From an uncultured Clostridia bacterium (GTDB taxonomy: Bacteria > Bacillota > Clostridia > Oscillospirales > CAG-272), in assembly GCA_944381085.1 (NCBI GenBank), contig CALWJX010000002.1:50571-114570 (forward strand): a stretch of DNA of 64,000 bases. The letters are read 5' to 3'. Positions 46,096 to 55,775 of the stretch are shown in pieces. The notes under the pieces were generated by a model. That model ran no database searches and was not told where the DNA came from. It worked only from the letters and a program-made list of their open reading frames with translations. The position numbers were made by a program, and so were the translations under genes. How positions within the stretch are numbered: position 1 is the stretch's first letter; each line of letters opens with the position of its first letter.

Positions 46096-46956
46096 TCAGT
46101 CAGCAGCTCGAAGTCTTTCGACAATGCTTTGCTTTTCGAGATTTCTGAAGCAGATATACGGAATCAGTACGGCAAAGAAAATCAGAATCGGCGCGCATAC
46201 CGTAAGCGGCATAAGTGTGAAACGAAATGTAGAAGTCCAGTCATTCGCCACAATTATACGGACGCCTATGCCTACCGCCAAAGCAGACAATACATATGAG
46301 GAAATCAGGGTAAACGCGGCATAATATAGTCCCTCGTCTATAAGCATTCTTCTGAGCTGACGCTTTGTCATTCCGATGCTCTGTATCATCGCGAATTCCT
46401 TCTGTCTTGAAACGATAGCGGTTACCATGGAGTTGATAAAGTTCAGAATGCCGACCAAAGCGATAATTATACTTATTGCCAGACCCATTACGGTATTGGC
46501 GCGCGTCTGATCTTTATAGTGCTCTGTTAATGTGGTTTTAGAGGTGAAATTCAGGCTCTTATCCTCATCTTTGCGATAATCATTCAGCATCTGCTCGGCG
46601 TCGGCGCGATATTCTTCGGATACGTCGAAAAACAGCTTACGAAGCGTGTTATCCGGATACATCTGTCGGAATGTTTCGGCAGGGAGATAAAATGAAAGAA
46701 AATCCGGGGTATCGCCGTTCAGTCCCTCAGTGACAGCGGATATGTCTGTAACAATAGCCATGACTTCATATTGTGTTCCGTTCAGTTCAACCGAATCTCC
46801 TATCGAATAGGTGGGCTGGGTTTCGTATTCATTTTCCTCTGCGCCCGACGCCGCTTCGACAATCACATATCCGCCGGCGAGAAACTTATCTGCGTCAAAT
46901 TCGCCTTGAAGCATTACGCCGTCTTTTGAGAAGGTATCTATGATGTGATTTTGATT
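46096..46956 (-). pseudogene. FtsX/MacB-type ABC permease, C-terminal half only (truncated)
   Basis: Periplasmic-domain tail, then TM, RQKEFAMIQSIGMTKRQLRRML and two more TMs. The N-terminal TM1 and the preceding module are absent. The frame closes at an in-frame TGA (46957-46959), and there is no SD. Confidence 0.7.
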
Positions 46957-47048
46957 TCATTGCCGGATTCTTTTTCATACTGCCTTAATAAATTTTCCAG
47001 GTATTGTACAAATACTTTTTCATCGTCGCAAATTGCTACGTGAATCAT
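46938..47048 (-). pseudogene. 36-codon remnant of a LytTR/receiver-type response regulator
   Basis: GGAGG, 10 nt, then ATG. MIHVAICDDEKVFVQYLENLLRQYEKESGNEIKITS followed by a stop. The MIxxAICDDE N-terminus is typical of LytR/AlgR receivers. It is truncated before most of the receiver fold. Confidence 0.65.
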
Positions 47049-47135
47049 ATATATTTAACCTCCATGCCGCCAAAGGCGGCGAATTATTTATTTGATTCAT
47101 GCGATAGCTGACCCATCAAGGTATCGAAAGTTACC

Positions 47136-47178
47136 GAAAATCACACAAAAACGTCCCCGCTTTATAAATAGCCGGGAC
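47136..47178 (-). terminator. Terminator of the small membrane-protein gene
   Basis: On the minus strand: GTCCCGGC / GCGGGGAC stem (one mismatch), then GTTTTTGTGTGATTTT. Confidence 0.5.
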
Positions 47179-47208
47179 ATTTGTGATTTTTTGAATATGA
47201 TTTTAAAG

Positions 47209-47580
47209 TCAACCCGCATCGCCTTTTGAGGATTTGTCATCATTTTCGGAATTTGCTTTTTCATCTTTTTCCAAGGACTTGCCTTTTTCAGCTCCGCTGA
47301 TAAAGCTTTCGGCGTAAATTCCTTTTTCAATATTATCCGAGGAATGATGTTCCTCTTTCTTTTTTGTCATAAGAATAACAATTAAAAACAGCGCCGCTAT
47401 GGCAATTGAGGTAATAGGCGGCTTTTCAAGAACAGCGAACAGGACCCCGCATATGGTACAACTTACAATACCGATTATACCGGTTAATCTCTGCTTCGTA
47501 AATATTCCTACTATAAGCGGAATAATGCCGCATCCCAATCCAATTGCTGCCCCGACAACCAAAGAAATGAATTTGTCCAT
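47209..47580 (-). CDS. Small membrane protein with a charged C-terminal tail
   Basis: GAGGAGG lies 7 nt upstream. Three hydrophobic helices, then a Lys/Glu/Ser-rich tail. No family recognised. Confidence 0.6.
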   Translation of the reverse strand: MDKFISLVVGAAIGLGCGIIPLIVGIFTKQRLTGIIGIVSCTICGVLFAVLEKPPITSIAIAALFLIVILMTKKKEEHHSSDNIEKGIYAESFISGAEKGKSLEKDEKANSENDDKSSKGDAG

Positions 47581-47740
47581 TGTTGTACCTCCTCAATATT
47601 CTATTCTACAATTATTATATTACAAAAACTTAAAAATGTCAATAAGATATTGAATTTTTGTGATAAATTTACAACTTATTCCGCTTTTTTAACAAATTTA
47701 TTACAATTTATTGGAAATGATATTTTTAATTTTAAAGCCG

Positions 47741-47783
47741 GTATCCAAAAAATAAATCGGCTTTTTATAAAATAAAGCCGATT
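47741..47783 (-). terminator. Rho-independent terminator of the VTC-DUF4956 operon
   Basis: Perfect 10-bp stem AATCGGCTTT / AAAGCCGATT (47755-47764 / 47774-47783). The minus-strand T-run is TATTTTTTGG. Confidence 0.8.
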
Positions 47784-47851
47784 ATCCGAAAACATAGAAT
47801 TATTTAATATAATATAATAAATTTAGTCGAATTTTGGTAAAAATTTCGCTG

Positions 47852-48535
47852 TCAAAAATCTGTAGCTTTTTGAACAATGGACACGTTCAGATTTCCGTTC
47901 ATCGTCCGTATATCATCAATCAGTTCTTTTTGCTTCGAGATGTCTTTCAGTTTGATGCGGTAATCAAGTTCCGCAAGCGTTCCGTAGTCGGTTGTTCTTA
48001 CCTTGTCAAGGTGATAAAACCTGCAGTGCTTTTCAAGTACGGAATCGAAGACGCCGTAAAAATCAAGGTTTTCGGGTACGATTACGGTAAGTTTCATAAT
48101 ACGTCCTCCGAAGTTGTCAAATCCTACAAGATTGGCGATAATCAGTACTATAAGCACGATGCCGACGCAAACCACGGCCAACCCTATAAATCCGGTTCCG
48201 CACGCCATGCCGGAGGCAAGTGAAAGAAACAGGTATACAAGCGCTTTGGGGTCTTCAAGCGTACTTCTGAATCTGATCAACGCGAGTCCCCCGCCTATGG
48301 ATATTGCTCCGGCAATATTGTTCCCGATGCAAGCCACAATGATAGATACCGCGGGACCTATGAGAAGAATAGTAACTATTAAGGAAGACATATATCCGTT
48401 TTTGCGGTAAGTAAATATGTAAACAAAACATATAGCAAGCGATATTGCCAAAGCCGCTCCCATAAAAATAAGGACATTTTTCAGAGAAGAGTTAGGAGTT
48501 ATTTGAAAAAGTGTACGGTTAAAAAATTCGTTCAT
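47852..48535 (-). CDS. DUF4956 family membrane protein
   Basis: About four TM helices, with the GGGLALIRFRS motif as I recall it for DUF4956, followed by a ~90-aa soluble tail. The start ATG overlaps the upstream stop (ATGA). Confidence 0.7.
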   Translation of the reverse strand: MNEFFNRTLFQITPNSSLKNVLIFMGAALAISLAICFVYIFTYRKNGYMSSLIVTILLIGPAVSIIVACIGNNIAGAISIGGGLALIRFRSTLEDPKALVYLFLSLASGMACGTGFIGLAVVCVGIVLIVLIIANLVGFDNFGGRIMKLTVIVPENLDFYGVFDSVLEKHCRFYHLDKVRTTDYGTLAELDYRIKLKDISKQKELIDDIRTMNGNLNVSIVQKATDF

Positions 48536-49293
48536 TTTGATGACGCCTCCATGCGGGGAATATAATCGGGTCTGTTTTCAATCTGCTTTTTAGTATACTT
48601 CTGAAATTCGGAACCGTATTTGGAATATGTACCGAAAATAATGCCGTATTTGTCCATTATACGTGAAAACCACAAGGGAAGGGCGCCGGCAAATTTTATC
48701 TCAAGCAGGGTTTTTCCGTCCGGTAGGAGCAACTCACCGTACCTGCCGGATTCGAGCCTCAGGTCATGTCTTCTTGTAACAATATCTTTATCGACCGTTA
48801 CTCGGAAACTGCTGTCTTCTTTTCCGTAAAACGCGTTTCTCAAATAGCTTATGTATACCTTCGGATATACATGGTTAAGTTCTCTGAAATAGTCGATTTC
48901 CTTAAGCACCTGACTGTCGATGTAACTCAGATTTTCGGGATGTATTCCTTCATTTAAATATCTGTAAGCTTGCGCGAGAGTAATTCTTGCCCGTCTTTTG
49001 GTTCCGACGCCGTACAGCTTGCGTTTCAATTCGATAAAGACGGTTGATGTTTCATCGGGCACACCGTAGCTTCTCATTCTGAGTTTTTCTTTAAACGGCG
49101 GTTTCATTACCGAACGTCTGATGACGTCATTGTTGTCGTTGTCGAAATATATATTGCACACCATATAAGGTTCACCGTCTTTATTGAAAACGTCCGGTTC
49201 CATATAGTCCGAAATATCTCGAATGAAGTCGGGGACAAGATCGTTGTTTATAAGAACTTTTTTCTCAAGGCGTTCAAAAGTATTCTGAGCCAT
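48532..49293 (-). CDS. VTC-domain (polyphosphate polymerase-like, CYTH/triphosphate-tunnel superfamily) protein
   Basis: FERLEKKVLI...CNIYFDNDN...KEKLRMRSYG...VFIELKRKLYGVGTKRRA matches the bacterial VTC-domain pattern. GGGAGG lies 9 nt upstream. Confidence 0.75.
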   Translation of the reverse strand: MAQNTFERLEKKVLINNDLVPDFIRDISDYMEPDVFNKDGEPYMVCNIYFDNDNNDVIRRSVMKPPFKEKLRMRSYGVPDETSTVFIELKRKLYGVGTKRRARITLAQAYRYLNEGIHPENLSYIDSQVLKEIDYFRELNHVYPKVYISYLRNAFYGKEDSSFRVTVDKDIVTRRHDLRLESGRYGELLLPDGKTLLEIKFAGALPLWFSRIMDKYGIIFGTYSKYGSEFQKYTKKQIENRPDYIPRMEASSK

Positions 49294-49447
49294 GACAACG
49301 AACCTCCCGTGACTTTACACATATTTTTTTGCTCTGAAGTAAGAGTATTTTGTTCAGATACAATATAATATCACAAAACCGCGTTGGCGTTGTGGATATT
49401 TTGTGAACATATTAACTATTATAGGTTAACATTAAAATTTTGTTACA

Positions 49448-50821
49448 TTAAAGAGAAAGTTTTTTCTTTAAATTTTCGATTTGTTTTTTTACGGAATCCG
49501 GAGACGGTCCGCCGTAGCAGCTTCTTCCGTTTACGCAATTGGTAAGGTCAATTGCAGTATACACGTCAAAGTCAAAAATTTCGGAAAAGTTTTTGTATTC
49601 GTCAATGGTCATGGTTTCCAAGGTCTTTTTATTTGCAATGCAGTACGCTACTATTTGTCCTATGATTTTATATGCGCTTCTGAAAGGCATCCCTTTTTTA
49701 ACCAGATAATCCGCGCAGTCGGTTGCGTTTATAAATCCGGCGGACGCAGCCTCTCTCATTTTTTCTTTTCTGAAAGTAAGTGTGTCCAGCATGGAAGTGA
49801 AAAGCTCAAGGCAGATTTTAGTGTTGTCCACAGCGTCGAAAATTGCCTCCTTGTCCTCCTGCATATCTTTATTATATGCAAGCGGCAATCCTTTCATTAC
49901 TGTGAGCAGTGTAGTCAGATCTCCGTATATTCGTCCGGTTTTGCCCCTGACCAATTCCGCGATATCGGGATTTTTTTTCTGAGGCATAATGGAAGAGCCG
50001 GTGGAGTAAGCGTCGTCCAGCTCCGCAAAGGCAAATTCCGACGAGCACCAAAGTATTGTTTCTTCCGAGAATCTCGAAAGATGCATCATAATTATTGAAA
50101 GGCATCCCGCAAGTTCTACGACAAAATCGCGGTCGGAAACGCCGTCCATGCTGTTTTCGGTGACATAGTCGAATCCCAATTGCTCCGCGACATAAAAACG
50201 GTCGATCGGATAGGTCGTCGCAGCGAGAGCGCAAGAGCCGAGCGGCATTACATTCGTGCGCGCATATGTCTCGTCAAGCCTTTGTATATCGCGTTCAAAC
50301 ATCTGCGCGTAAGCCATCATATAGTGTCCCAATGTAACCGGCTGGGCACGCTGTAGATGCGTATATCCGGGCATGACGGTTTCCGTATTCTCCCCGGCAA
50401 TTTTACACAGAATATTTTCAAGCTTTAAAATACAGGTCTTTATTTCGGAAATTTCCTTTTTCAGGTACATTCTGATATCAAGCGCTACCTGGTCGTTTCT
50501 TGAACGGGATGTATGCAGTCTTTTGCCGGTTTCTCCGATTCTCTCGGTAAGCACGCTTTCAACAAACATATGTATATCTTCGGCTTCCGGGTCAATCTGA
50601 AGACTTCCGGATTCAATATCGCGGAGTATTTCTTTCAGTGTTTTGCAGATCAGATCCGCCTCATGCTTTTCAATAATGCCGCATTTTCCGAGCATTGCGG
50701 CATGGGCGACGGAACCGGTAATATCTTCTCTGTACATTCTGCAGTCGAAAGAAACAGAGGAATTGAAATCGTTGACTCTGCTGTCAAGCTTTTTTGAAAA
50801 ACGGCCTTCCCACATTTTCAT
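49448..50821 (-). CDS. argH: Argininosuccinate lyase
   Basis: MWEGRF N-terminus, TSRSRNDQV, PGYTHLQRAQP and GSSIMPQKKNPD signatures. Confidence 0.95.
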   Translation of the reverse strand: MKMWEGRFSKKLDSRVNDFNSSVSFDCRMYREDITGSVAHAAMLGKCGIIEKHEADLICKTLKEILRDIESGSLQIDPEAEDIHMFVESVLTERIGETGKRLHTSRSRNDQVALDIRMYLKKEISEIKTCILKLENILCKIAGENTETVMPGYTHLQRAQPVTLGHYMMAYAQMFERDIQRLDETYARTNVMPLGSCALAATTYPIDRFYVAEQLGFDYVTENSMDGVSDRDFVVELAGCLSIIMMHLSRFSEETILWCSSEFAFAELDDAYSTGSSIMPQKKNPDIAELVRGKTGRIYGDLTTLLTVMKGLPLAYNKDMQEDKEAIFDAVDNTKICLELFTSMLDTLTFRKEKMREAASAGFINATDCADYLVKKGMPFRSAYKIIGQIVAYCIANKKTLETMTIDEYKNFSEIFDFDVYTAIDLTNCVNGRSCYGGPSPDSVKKQIENLKKKLSL

Positions 50822-50855
50822 AAAGTATAAACTCCTTAGAAATAAATAATTTAAA

Positions 50856-50881
50856 GGTATGCGACGTTTTTATCGCATACC
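50856..50881 (-). other. Intercistronic hairpin between argG and argH
   Basis: 9-bp stem GGTATGCGA / TCGCATACC with an 8-nt loop. A/T-rich sequence follows on the minus strand. Confidence 0.5.
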
Positions 50882-50899
50882 CTGGGTATGGACATATAT

Positions 50900-52132
50900 T
50901 TATTTGTTCTCGCGCCTGGAATCAAGTATGGCCTTTACTTTTATAGGCAAACCGAATAGGTTGATAAATCCTTCCGCGTCCTTCTGGTTGTACGCGCCTC
51001 CGTCCTCGCCGAACGATGCGACGTTTTCATCGTACAGAGAGTAGGGAGAGGTGAGAGAAGCGAGAATAATATTTCCTTTGTACAGCTTGAGCTTTACATC
51101 GCCGGTAACGGTTTCCTGAGTTTTTGAGACAAAAGCGGACAGCGCCTCTCTTACCGGCGTGTACCATTTTCCGAAGTAAACAAGGTCTGCAAACTGTCCG
51201 GAGAGCATTTGTTTTAAGTGCATGGTATCTCTGTCGAGAGTGATGGTCTCAAGCGCGTCATGCGCCGCGTAAAGTATAGCTCCTCCGGGAGTTTCGTAAA
51301 CACCGCGGCTCTTCATTCCCACAAGCCTGTTTTCCACCATGTCCACAAGACCTATGCCGTTTTCTCCGCCAAGCTTATTTAGCTTTTCAAGTAAGGATAC
51401 CGAATCGGTTTTCTCGCCGTCAATCGCGACCGGAATACCTTTTTCAAAACTTACGGTTACATATGAGGGCTTGTCCGGAGCCATTTCGGGAGACACGCCG
51501 AGCTCAAGGAAACCGGGCTTGTTATACTGCGGCTCGTTGGCAGGGTCCTCAAGGTCAAGTCCTTCATGCGAGAGATGCCACAGGTTTTTGTCCTTGGAAT
51601 AGTTGGTCTCACGGGTAATTTTCAGCGGAATACCTTTCTTTTCGGCGTATTCTATTTCTTCCTCACGGGATTTTATATCCCATGTTCTCCAAGGCGCTAT
51701 AATTTCCATTTCCGGAGCGAAGGCTTTGATTGTAAGCTCAAAGCGTACCTGGTCATTGCCTTTTCCGGTGCAGCCGTGCGCAATGGCGTCTGCGCCCTCA
51801 GCTTTTGCTATCTCAACAATTCTTTTCGCGATGATAGGACGCGCGAAAGAGGTGCCCAAAAGATACTGGTTTTCGTATTTGGCGCCCGCCTGAAGGGTGG
51901 GATATATAAATTCTTCAATAAATTCCTTGCGAAGGTCTTCTATGTAAAGCTTGGACGCTCCGGTTTTTATGGCTTTTTCCTCAAGTCCGTCTGTTTCGGA
52001 GCCCTGACCCACGTCTCCGCATACCGCTATGACTTCACAGCCCGGATAGTTGTCTTTGAGCCACGGAATTATGATTGAAGTATCGAGTCCTCCGGAATAT
52101 GCAAGGACTATTTTTTTGATTTGTTTGGACAT
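50900..52132 (-). CDS. argG: Argininosuccinate synthase
   Basis: [26 protein letters not shown] and SHEGLDLE motifs. 410 aa. Confidence 0.95.
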   Translation of the reverse strand: MSKQIKKIVLAYSGGLDTSIIIPWLKDNYPGCEVIAVCGDVGQGSETDGLEEKAIKTGASKLYIEDLRKEFIEEFIYPTLQAGAKYENQYLLGTSFARPIIAKRIVEIAKAEGADAIAHGCTGKGNDQVRFELTIKAFAPEMEIIAPWRTWDIKSREEEIEYAEKKGIPLKITRETNYSKDKNLWHLSHEGLDLEDPANEPQYNKPGFLELGVSPEMAPDKPSYVTVSFEKGIPVAIDGEKTDSVSLLEKLNKLGGENGIGLVDMVENRLVGMKSRGVYETPGGAILYAAHDALETITLDRDTMHLKQMLSGQFADLVYFGKWYTPVREALSAFVSKTQETVTGDVKLKLYKGNIILASLTSPYSLYDENVASFGEDGGAYNQKDAEGFINLFGLPIKVKAILDSRRENK

Positions 52133-52384
52133 ATGCTTCTCCTTTATATAATCCTAAATGATAAACTGAAAAATTTGGTTTTCCGTAATTTTGTCTTCCG
52201 CTTATATAATATAATGATATATTTAATTAATATTATAACGCATAATAATACAAAAATCAATAGCAATATTTAAAATTTTGAAAAAAAAACAGTTATTATT
52301 ATTTTATCAAAATTTTGTTTTAAATTATCTTCGGCAGTGTGTGAAACAATATAATTGAAAATATACGAAGGGGTATTGAATAAA

Positions 52385-53185
52385 ATGACAAAAAAGAATA
52401 TAAATTCAAAAATAAAAGTTTTTGTCTGTTTTTTGTGCGCTCTGTGCATATTCGCGCTTTCCTGTTTGACTGTCTTCGCCGAAGCGGGAGTGTTTAATTG
52501 GTATGTGATGAGAAACAAGGAGCACAAGCAGCCTGTAGCGGAGAAAAACCTTTCCTTTATTTCAGAATACGGTGGGTATTATATAGATACAAAGCATGGC
52601 GACAGTACGGAAGAAAAGGTCGTATATCTTACGTTTGACGCCGGATATGAAAACGGCAATGTCGAAAAAATACTTGACGTGCTGAAAAATCAGAATGTAA
52701 AAGGCGCGTTTTTTGTGCTCGGAAATCTGATTGAACGCGATACGGGTTTGGTATGCAGAATGTTTGACGAGGGGCATCTTGTATGCAATCATACCTATTC
52801 CCATAAAAGCATGGTGGGAAAAAGCAGGGAAGAGGTTCAGTCCGAACTCAGACGTCTTGAACAGACATGTAAGGACCTTACGGGCAGAGAACTGTCAAAA
52901 TACTATCGTCCTCCGGAAGGAAAATTTGACGCGAAATCACTTGAATACGTAAATGATATGGGATATAAAACGGTATTCTGGAGTTTTGCGTATGAAGACT
53001 GGGACAACAACAGGCAGATGAGTCCGGAAAAAGCCAAGGCGAAAATACTTGACAATATTCACAACGGCGAAGTACTTTTACTTCATCCCACATCGGCTAC
53101 AAATGCCGCGGTGCTTGAAGATGTGATAATTGAACTGAAAGATCAGGGATACAGATTCGGAACCTTGGACGAGCTCTGCGGCTGA
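52385..53185 (+). CDS. pdaA: Delta-lactam-biosynthetic de-N-acetylase (sporulation polysaccharide deacetylase PdaA)
   Basis: Collinear with B. subtilis PdaA from memory: NW..R...H.QP, YLTFDAGYENG, EGHLVCNHTYSH, YYRPPEG and TVFWSFAYEDW. N-terminal signal/TM. Confidence 0.8.
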   Translation: MTKKNINSKIKVFVCFLCALCIFALSCLTVFAEAGVFNWYVMRNKEHKQPVAEKNLSFISEYGGYYIDTKHGDSTEEKVVYLTFDAGYENGNVEKILDVLKNQNVKGAFFVLGNLIERDTGLVCRMFDEGHLVCNHTYSHKSMVGKSREEVQSELRRLEQTCKDLTGRELSKYYRPPEGKFDAKSLEYVNDMGYKTVFWSFAYEDWDNNRQMSPEKAKAKILDNIHNGEVLLLHPTSATNAAVLEDVIIELKDQGYRFGTLDELCG

Positions 53186-53222
53186 CGAACAAAAATATGA
53201 GAATCAAGGAAGTTTTTGCATA

Positions 53223-53930
53223 ATGACGCTACGTAAAACTTTGTTATGGCTGACGGCATTATCGGTTATTTTTTGCACTGTTTCAAATTACAGTAAGCCG
53301 GCGGACTGTGCCGTGGCAACAAAAACAGATATTTATAAGAATTACCAAAACAGCGGCAATAAAATTGCCCTGACGTTCGACGACGGTCCTCACCCACGGC
53401 AAACGCATGAAATCCTTGATATCCTTGACGAGTACGGAATAAAAGCTACATTTTTCGTAATCGGAGTAAATGTGAAAAATTATCCCGAGGCGTTTCAGGA
53501 AACAATAAGGCGCGGGCATGAAATAGGCAATCATACCTATTCACACCCGCACTTAAGCGGCGCCGATTATAATACTTTGAAGAACGAAATAGATAAATGC
53601 GAATCCGCGATTTCACTCGCGGCGGATTATAAACCCAAGCTTTTCCGACCGCCGGAAGGATGGATAGACAGCGATGTCAAAACCTTATCCGAACAGTACG
53701 ATTATAAGGTTATTCTTTGGAACATTGACACAAAGGACTGGGCGCACACACCATCCGACAAAATAGTAAAATATGTGACCGATAATGTCAAGCCGGGAGA
53801 TATAATACTGATGCACGATTATATCGGAAAGAACAGCCCTACCGCCGAAGCCTTGCGAGGTTTCATTCCCGTACTGCTCGAAAGAGGGTATCAGTTTGTG
53901 GTTGTAAGCGAGCTTATAGGTTCAAATTGA
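53223..53930 (+). CDS. NodB-homology polysaccharide deacetylase (peptidoglycan GlcNAc deacetylase-like)
   Basis: ALTFDDGP, HEIGNHTYSH, LFRPPEG and ILMHD motifs. Signal-like N-terminus. Confidence 0.85.
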   Translation: MTLRKTLLWLTALSVIFCTVSNYSKPADCAVATKTDIYKNYQNSGNKIALTFDDGPHPRQTHEILDILDEYGIKATFFVIGVNVKNYPEAFQETIRRGHEIGNHTYSHPHLSGADYNTLKNEIDKCESAISLAADYKPKLFRPPEGWIDSDVKTLSEQYDYKVILWNIDTKDWAHTPSDKIVKYVTDNVKPGDIILMHDYIGKNSPTAEALRGFIPVLLERGYQFVVVSELIGSN

Positions 53931-53932
53931 AT

Positions 53933-54931
53933 TCATTCGTTTTCGTGAGTTTCTTCATTGCTCACGGATATTGAAACCGCATTGCCCGAATCGGGAGTAT
54001 TTACTCCGTCTATCATATATTTCTTGATTACCGGGTATGCGGCGTAAGTATATATAAACCCGCAAACGCCGAGATAGTAGATAAGCGGCAGAACCAAAGT
54101 AACTCCGAGTCCCAAGGGCAGAAGCAGCATAACCATACCTATTGCGATTGCCGTAACAATCACAATGCCGATACAAGCCATTATATTTCTTTTGATTCCG
54201 AGCGCGCAGAAAATAAACGCGTTTTTGAAAGCTTTTCCGATTTTTATATTGAAAGTGACTATCATCAGATACAGATAAAATCTGGCGATGGAATACAAAA
54301 TAAATATCGCCATTATGGCGCTGTACATGAAATTGTTGAACATCGTAGACGGGGAGTTGAAAAAATACAGGAAATCGTAAGTAAGAACGGCGATGATTAC
54401 AGTATCTATTATACCCAGAAGCAGACCTTGTTTGAAGTTTTTCTTGATTGCGTAGAAATAGTCTGACAGAATGAATACGCTGTCTCCGCGCACAAGACCT
54501 CTCAAAACATATACCGACCCAACCTTTTGCAGTCCGTAGGTCAAAAGATGGAATACGACAATGGCGCCGATGACCCAATATATATAAGTATTGTAGGTTG
54601 GCAGTCCGAGCTGATATGAAAACCCGCTGAGATTTACTGCCGTGACCGCGTCGGTTGATATCTGCTGTATTCCGTATATCAGCGGAAATTCGGAATAATT
54701 GACAGATGGGGTTACCGGGCTTCCGAAGAAATAAAGGTAAATACAGACAATAATTGTAATTATCTGTATGTCCATAAGCATATTGAGGGAGATAATTTTT
54801 GAAAATTTACGGCCGAGCTGTTTAAAGAAAAATTTCAGATTGGGAGTGGTATCTTCTCCCGGTTCAACGCCTTTACCGTCCCGGTTCAAATCAAATAATT
54901 TGAATTTCTTTTTGTTTTCTTTGTTTCCCAA
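53933..54931 (-). CDS. Polytopic membrane protein, YesL/DUF624-like
   Basis: About six TM helices. The RGLVRGDSVFILSDYFYAIKKNFKQGLLLG segment resembles the DUF624 core. TTG start with AAAAGGAAC upstream. Confidence 0.5.
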   Translation of the reverse strand: MGNKENKKKFKLFDLNRDGKGVEPGEDTTPNLKFFFKQLGRKFSKIISLNMLMDIQIITIIVCIYLYFFGSPVTPSVNYSEFPLIYGIQQISTDAVTAVNLSGFSYQLGLPTYNTYIYWVIGAIVVFHLLTYGLQKVGSVYVLRGLVRGDSVFILSDYFYAIKKNFKQGLLLGIIDTVIIAVLTYDFLYFFNSPSTMFNNFMYSAIMAIFILYSIARFYLYLMIVTFNIKIGKAFKNAFIFCALGIKRNIMACIGIVIVTAIAIGMVMLLLPLGLGVTLVLPLIYYLGVCGFIYTYAAYPVIKKYMIDGVNTPDSGNAVSISVSNEETHENE

Positions 54932-54996
54932 AATTTTAAGTTCCTTTTCTTAAATTAAGAATGTCTGACAGTGAACAATATAAAACGGAGATATTA

Positions 54997-55662
54997 TTAT
55001 AAGTTTGTCAACAGCATACAGGAGATGAATTTAACCGCGGCATATATAAGAACCGCAAAAAGACTTTCGTTAAGATAGCGTTTCATGTCCTGTGAGATAA
55101 ATATACGGCTGTCTGATTTATTGTTTTCATCCTGCTTTCTGCGGATAAAGCTTTTGTTGAATTCAGCCGCGCGCGTCATTATATAAATAAACAGCGCGAG
55201 AACACAGACAGCCTCGGCTATATACACCGCGCAGAGCCTGTGAGGCTCTTTTGAAAATATCAACACACCGGCACAGATTCCGTAAATCAGACTGTTGGCG
55301 GATAACAGTATTGAACCGAGCGCGTTATAAAAGAAAGTAAGAGCGGATAAAATCAAAAGCGCTAAAGTAATAATGTCTCTGTACAGCACCGTATAAAATT
55401 TATAAAGCAAACCTGATTCTTCGTTGTCGGAAAAAAATGAAAAATAGTTTTCCGCAAACTGTTCAAAAACGTCGGTCTGATTTTTGACGGTGTATGATAT
55501 GAATAAGCCTAATAATAAAAATGCTATGCAGATAAGCAGCTTATGGAAAAATCTGAATAAGTCGGTCTTTTTTAATGCCGAGCCGACACTTTGGTTTTTA
55601 CACTCCCTTGAAGTAACCTCTGAGGTTTTGGGAGCGTTTATTTTTTTGTTTTCGCTATACAT
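54997..55662 (-). CDS. Integral membrane protein (possibly SpoIIM-like)
   Basis: Four to five TM helices with an organisation loosely like SpoIIM/DUF95. The assignment is weak. Confidence 0.4.
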   Translation of the reverse strand: MYSENKKINAPKTSEVTSRECKNQSVGSALKKTDLFRFFHKLLICIAFLLLGLFISYTVKNQTDVFEQFAENYFSFFSDNEESGLLYKFYTVLYRDIITLALLILSALTFFYNALGSILLSANSLIYGICAGVLIFSKEPHRLCAVYIAEAVCVLALFIYIMTRAAEFNKSFIRRKQDENNKSDSRIFISQDMKRYLNESLFAVLIYAAVKFISCMLLTNL

Positions 55663-55775
55663 TACGCCAAAACATTCCTTTTTACCTTTATTTATGTTGA
55701 AAAAGTAAGAAACCCGACGTATTTAACGTCAATGAAACCTGCTTTTGGTTATAATGTATGCACAAAAATCCTGTT

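Noticed and set aside
47097-47330. 77-aa Lys-rich minus-strand ORF overlapping the 3' end of the small membrane-protein gene.
   Set aside because: It overlaps a better-supported CDS and its terminator, has no SD, and its composition is driven by the A-rich antisense/offset frame.
53955-54578. 207-aa same-strand alternative-frame ORF inside the DUF624-like membrane gene.
   Set aside because: The translation is extremely Arg-rich with no recognisable features. The other frame encodes coherent TM helices.
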